A stretch of 39,207 bases of DNA from Myxococcota bacterium (GTDB lineage Bacteria > Myxococcota > UBA4151): assembly GCA_040260805.1 (NCBI GenBank), contig JBDQPD010000022.1:1-39207 (forward strand), read 5' to 3'. Below the pieces are notes generated by a model, which had not been told where the DNA came from, searched no databases, and saw nothing but the letters and a program-made list of their open reading frames with translations. Shown piece after piece: positions 35,575-39,207 of this stretch (within the stretch, counting starts at the first letter, position 1; every line of letters begins with the position of its first letter). The position numbers were made by a program, and so were the translations under genes.

Positions 35575-36716
35575 GATGCTCCCTTAAGGACGTTGCGACT
35601 GATCACAACTCGCTGAATCTCACTGGTGCCCTCGTAGATTCGAGTCACCCGGGCGTCTCGATACAAGCGCTCGATCGCATAGTCTTGGACGTAGCCATAG
35701 CCACCGTGGATCTGCAGCGCAGAATCCACAGCACGACAACACGCCTCCGAGGCATACACCTTACACATGCTGGCTTCCTGGGTCATCGGCTTGCCCTGGT
35801 CGCGCAGGCTGGCAGCCTTGAGCATCAACAAGCGAGTGGCTTCGAGATCCGTTCCAATATCGGCGACCATAAACTGCAACGCCTGATGGCGGTTTAGGGG
35901 TTTCCCGAACGCCTTTCGCTCTTCCATATAACGAGCCGCTTCACGCAGCGCAGCGCGACCAATCCCAAGCGCTTGTGAGCCGATCCCGATGCGACCGCCA
36001 TCCAGAGCGTTCATCGCAATCTGAAAGCCAATCCCCTCATCGCCGACCCGATAGCGAGCCGGCACACGAACATTCTCAAGCGTCAGCGGTACCGTATTTG
36101 AGCCCTTCAGGCCCATCTTTTTTTCCTCGGGCCCGATGATCAGTCCAGGCGCATCACCGGGCACAGCAAAGGCGGAGATACCGCGGCTCCCCTCGCCGGT
36201 TCGAGCCATCACCAACACCCACGACGCAAAGGCGCCGTTGGTGATCCATTGCTTGGACCCGTTGAGGATGTAGTCCTCGCCATCGCGATCAGCGCGCGTC
36301 TTTAGAGCCGCTGCATCGCTGCCGCAGTGAGGCTCACTCAGCGCAAAGGCTCCGACCTTGCCGTCACGACCGTCGCACAGCGAAGGCAGGACCTCTGCCC
36401 GCAGCTCCTGGCTGGCGTAGGTAGCGATCGCCGATGCGGTCAGGTTGTTGACCGCCATCGTGACCGCTGTCGAAGCGCAAGCCTGAGCGATCTCCGCAAG
36501 GGCTAGCGCGTAATTGACGTAACCCATCTCACTGCCGCCATCGGACTCGGGCACCAACATACCCAAGAACCCTTGCTCTGCGAGCGGACCGATTAGGTCG
36601 CTCGGAAAGCTGCTGGTCTGGTCACGATGTTCGGCGCCAGGCGCCACAGTCTGCGCCGCAAACTGGCGCGCCATGTCGACCAACATCTGCTGTTCATCGG
36701 AGAGCTCGAAGTTCAT
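35571..36716 (-). CDS. Acyl-CoA dehydrogenase (short or branched chain)
   Basis: FALSEPHCGSDA, LNGSKQWITNG, LDGGRIGIG, QIHGGYGY, RIYEGTSEIQR. Confidence 0.95.
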   Translation of the reverse strand: MNFELSDEQQMLVDMARQFAAQTVAPGAEHRDQTSSFPSDLIGPLAEQGFLGMLVPESDGGSEMGYVNYALALAEIAQACASTAVTMAVNNLTASAIATYASQELRAEVLPSLCDGRDGKVGAFALSEPHCGSDAAALKTRADRDGEDYILNGSKQWITNGAFASWVLVMARTGEGSRGISAFAVPGDAPGLIIGPEEKKMGLKGSNTVPLTLENVRVPARYRVGDEGIGFQIAMNALDGGRIGIGSQALGIGRAALREAARYMEERKAFGKPLNRHQALQFMVADIGTDLEATRLLMLKAASLRDQGKPMTQEASMCKVYASEACCRAVDSALQIHGGYGYVQDYAIERLYRDARVTRIYEGTSEIQRVVISRNVLKGAS

Positions 36717-37864
36717 CGAAGTGCCTCCTCAAGGACGGCGCGTGCGATGACGATCCGCTGCACCTCGCTCGTCCCCTCATAAATCTCAGTGATTTTTGCG
36801 TCGCGGAAATGCCGCTCGACCGGGTATTCGGTCACGTAACCATTTCCACCGAACACTTGGATCGCCTGCGTAGTCACCCACATCGCCGTCTCCGCCGCTG
36901 CGAGCTTCGCCATGGCGCTCGCCTTACCGTAGTCGGCCTTAGCGTCTTTAAGCTGAGCAGCCTGGTGCGTCAGCAAACGAGCGACCTCGATGCGCGTCGC
37001 CATGTCGGCGAGCTTGAAGGCGATCGCTTGATGCTCAGCGATGGGTTTGCCAAAGGTTTTGCGCTCAAGGCTGTAATCACGAGCGGCTCGAAAGGCTGCC
37101 TCTGCGATGCCAAGCGCTTGAGCTGCGATGCCGATACGGCCGCCATCAAGGGTCCCCATGGCGACCTTAAAGCCCTCGCCGATCTCACCCAGCAAATTGG
37201 CTGCTGGGATTCGACAGTTCTCGAAGAACAATTGAGCGGTCGAAGAGGCTCGAATACCCAGCTTATCTTCCTTTTTGCCCAGACTCAGACCCGGCGTCCC
37301 AGTCGCCACCAGAAAGGCTGAGACCGCTCGGTGGCCGGCGCTGCGGTCCGTCGTCGCAAAGACGATAAATGCGTCCGCTTCGTAGGCGTTGGTGATCCAA
37401 GCCTTGGTGCCGTTGAGCACATACTCATCGCCCTCAAGCTCGGCGGTCGTGCGCATGGCGGCAGCGTCCGAACCATTACCAGGCTCAGTCAGCGCGAAGG
37501 CGCCCAACTTCTCGCCGCTGGCGTAGGGCGCTAACCACTCGGCGCGCTGCTCTGGGCGTGCGAAGCGATGGACCGGATCACAATAAAGTGAGTTGTTCAC
37601 GCTCATGATCACGCCGCATGAGGCGCAGCCACGGCTGATCTCTTCCATGGTGATCGCATAGGTCAGGTTGTCTGCGCCGGTGCCCCCTTCGGAGTCCGGA
37701 ATGGCGACCCCCATCAACCCCATCTCAGCCATCGTTGCGATCGCATCGGTTGGGTAGATATGCCCCTGATCCCATTCGCCCGCTTTGGGCGCGAGCATAT
37801 CATCAGCTAGGGAGGCGCAGGTGTCTTTGAACATCTGCTGCTCTTCGTTGAGCGTGAAATCCAT
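36713..37864 (-). CDS. Acyl-CoA dehydrogenase (SCAD/butyryl-CoA-like)
   Basis: FALTEPGNGSDA, LNGTKAWITN, KLGIRASST, QVFGGNGY, EIYEGTSEVQR. Confidence 0.95.
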   Translation of the reverse strand: MDFTLNEEQQMFKDTCASLADDMLAPKAGEWDQGHIYPTDAIATMAEMGLMGVAIPDSEGGTGADNLTYAITMEEISRGCASCGVIMSVNNSLYCDPVHRFARPEQRAEWLAPYASGEKLGAFALTEPGNGSDAAAMRTTAELEGDEYVLNGTKAWITNAYEADAFIVFATTDRSAGHRAVSAFLVATGTPGLSLGKKEDKLGIRASSTAQLFFENCRIPAANLLGEIGEGFKVAMGTLDGGRIGIAAQALGIAEAAFRAARDYSLERKTFGKPIAEHQAIAFKLADMATRIEVARLLTHQAAQLKDAKADYGKASAMAKLAAAETAMWVTTQAIQVFGGNGYVTEYPVERHFRDAKITEIYEGTSEVQRIVIARAVLEEALR

Positions 37865-37867
37865 CGT

Positions 37868-38644
37868 TTAATCTCCGGTGAACTCAGCGGAACGACGCTC
37901 GACAAATGCCGTCATTCCCTCTCGACCATCGGCTGTGCCGAACTGAATTCCAAAGGCCTGTTGCTCGAACGCGTTGCCGCGCTCGGCGGGTACGTCGGCG
38001 CCTGCACGGATCACGCGCTTCGCGTTGCTCACCGCCAAGGGGCCCTTCGTTGCGATCAGCGCTGCTTGCTCTTGAGTTTTCGCTAAAACCTCGCCGGGCT
38101 CAAACATGGCGTTAGCGAGCCCCAAGCGCAGCGCTTCGTCGCCCTTGATCAAGGCAGCCGTAGCGCACAGCTCGATCGCCTTCGCCTGCCCGACTCGGCG
38201 CACCAAACGAATCGTCCCGCCAAAGCCGGGGATCAGACCTAAGTTGACCTCAGGTTGTCCAAACTTCGATTTGGGCGAGGCGTTGATCCAGTCAGCAGCC
38301 ATCGCCAGCTCACAGCCGCCGCCTAGGCAAAATCCATCCACCGCAGCGATCCACACCAAGCGGCTCTGCTCCATCATGGCGAAGACCCGGTGCCCATGCG
38401 CCGAAAAGGCTCTGGCTTGTTCGGGACCAAAGGACTGCATCGCTTTGATGTCCGCACCCGCGACGAAGGCTTTGTCGCCTGCGCCGGTGAGCACCGCAGC
38501 GCGAACCTCGTGGTTCGACTCGACCTCGTTAAAGGCGAGCTCGAGGGCATTGAGCACGTCGGTGTTGATGGCGTTGAGCGCCTCGGGCCGATTGACGGTG
38601 ACCGTGGCGACGGCGCCTTCAATAGAGGTCAGAACTACGCTCAT
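37868..38644 (-). CDS. crt: Enoyl-CoA hydratase (crotonase)
   Basis: NRPEALNA, AFVAGADI, GGGCELA, GQPEVNLGLIPGFGGT; adjacent to hbd and the ACAD genes. Confidence 0.9.
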   Translation of the reverse strand: MSVVLTSIEGAVATVTVNRPEALNAINTDVLNALELAFNEVESNHEVRAAVLTGAGDKAFVAGADIKAMQSFGPEQARAFSAHGHRVFAMMEQSRLVWIAAVDGFCLGGGCELAMAADWINASPKSKFGQPEVNLGLIPGFGGTIRLVRRVGQAKAIELCATAALIKGDEALRLGLANAMFEPGEVLAKTQEQAALIATKGPLAVSNAKRVIRAGADVPAERGNAFEQQAFGIQFGTADGREGMTAFVERRSAEFTGD

Positions 38645-38647
38645 AAC

Positions 38648-39207
38648 TCAGCCTTCCGAGTAATCGTACACGCCGCGACCGCTCTTGCGACCGAACCAGC
38701 CTGCGTCCACATACTGAACCAGCAAAGGACACGGTCGGTACTTGGTATCACCTAGACCGTCGTGCAGCACGCGCATGATCGCTAAACAGGTATCCAAACC
38801 AATAAAATCAGCGAGCGTCAGCGGGCCCATCGGTTGGTTGGTGCCGTACTTCATCCCCGAGTCGATATCCTCGGCGCTGCCGATGCCTTCGTAGAGCGCA
38901 TAGAACGCCTCGTTGATCATCGGCATGAGGATACGGTTGACGATGAATCCAGGGTAGTCCTTGGAGCCACTGATCACCTTACCTAAACGCTCGGCGAGTT
39001 CGCAGGTGGTCTCAAAGGTCTCATCGGTCGTCGCAATGCCCCGAATGATCTCGACCAACTTCATGATCGGGACCGGGTTCATAAAGTGCATACCCACGAC
39101 CCGCTCGGGCCGGTTGGTTGCCGCTGCGATGCGAGTGATCGAGATGGAGCTGGTGTTCGAGGCGAGGATAACCTCAGGACGGCAGATGCTGTCGAGTTGG
39201 GCAAAGA
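38648..39207 (-). CDS. hbd: 3-hydroxybutyryl-CoA dehydrogenase (3' portion; start lies beyond the right edge)
   Basis: Frame is open to the window end: ..[62 protein letters not shown]. Confidence 0.95.
   Translation of the reverse strand, partial: FAQLDSICRPEVILASNTSSISITRIAAATNRPERVVGMHFMNPVPIMKLVEIIRGIATTDETFETTCELAERLGKVISGSKDYPGFIVNRILMPMINEAFYALYEGIGSAEDIDSGMKYGTNQPMGPLTLADFIGLDTCLAIMRVLHDGLGDTKYRPCPLLVQYVDAGWFGRKSGRGVYDYSEG

Noticed and set aside
35571..37864. Tandem ACADs as an obligate heteromeric (ChsE-like) enzyme
   Set aside because: Both are full length with intact FAD motifs and the catalytic YEG Glu, so two ordinary paralogues is the simpler reading.

Overview
A gene-dense chromosomal window of roughly 55-65% GC (estimated by eye), most likely from a Myxococcota-like deltaproteobacterium. 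That assignment is inferred from the myxobacterial Cys-rich repeat lipoproteins, two Pkn-type Ser/Thr kinases and the b558-type sdhCA. Housekeeping blocks are mdh-sdhC-sdhA, pepN-FKBP-algH, an ABC-F ATPase, tdk-upp-hpt salvage, HMG-CoA lyase with a crotonase, panC, and hbd-crt-ACAD-ACAD plus a PHA-granule protein. Between them lie many envelope lipoproteins. I found no rRNA, tRNA, CRISPR array or mobile element. The main leads are: (1) a 46-aa very basic protein missing from the ORF track (3752-3892), with its own near-consensus sigma70 promoter, AGGAGG RBS and intrinsic terminator, a candidate lineage-specific ribosomal or nucleic-acid-binding protein; (2) three 'Cys-rich stalk + different head' surface lipoproteins with RCC1-propeller, C-type-lectin-like and polyglycine heads; (3) a TPR plus tandem-cNMP protein laid out like a PKA regulatory subunit, including an RRTS linker motif, divergent from a kinase-containing unit; (4) a CX4CH cytochrome c-like lipoprotein; (5) a UPRT homologue with an altered uracil-binding motif.
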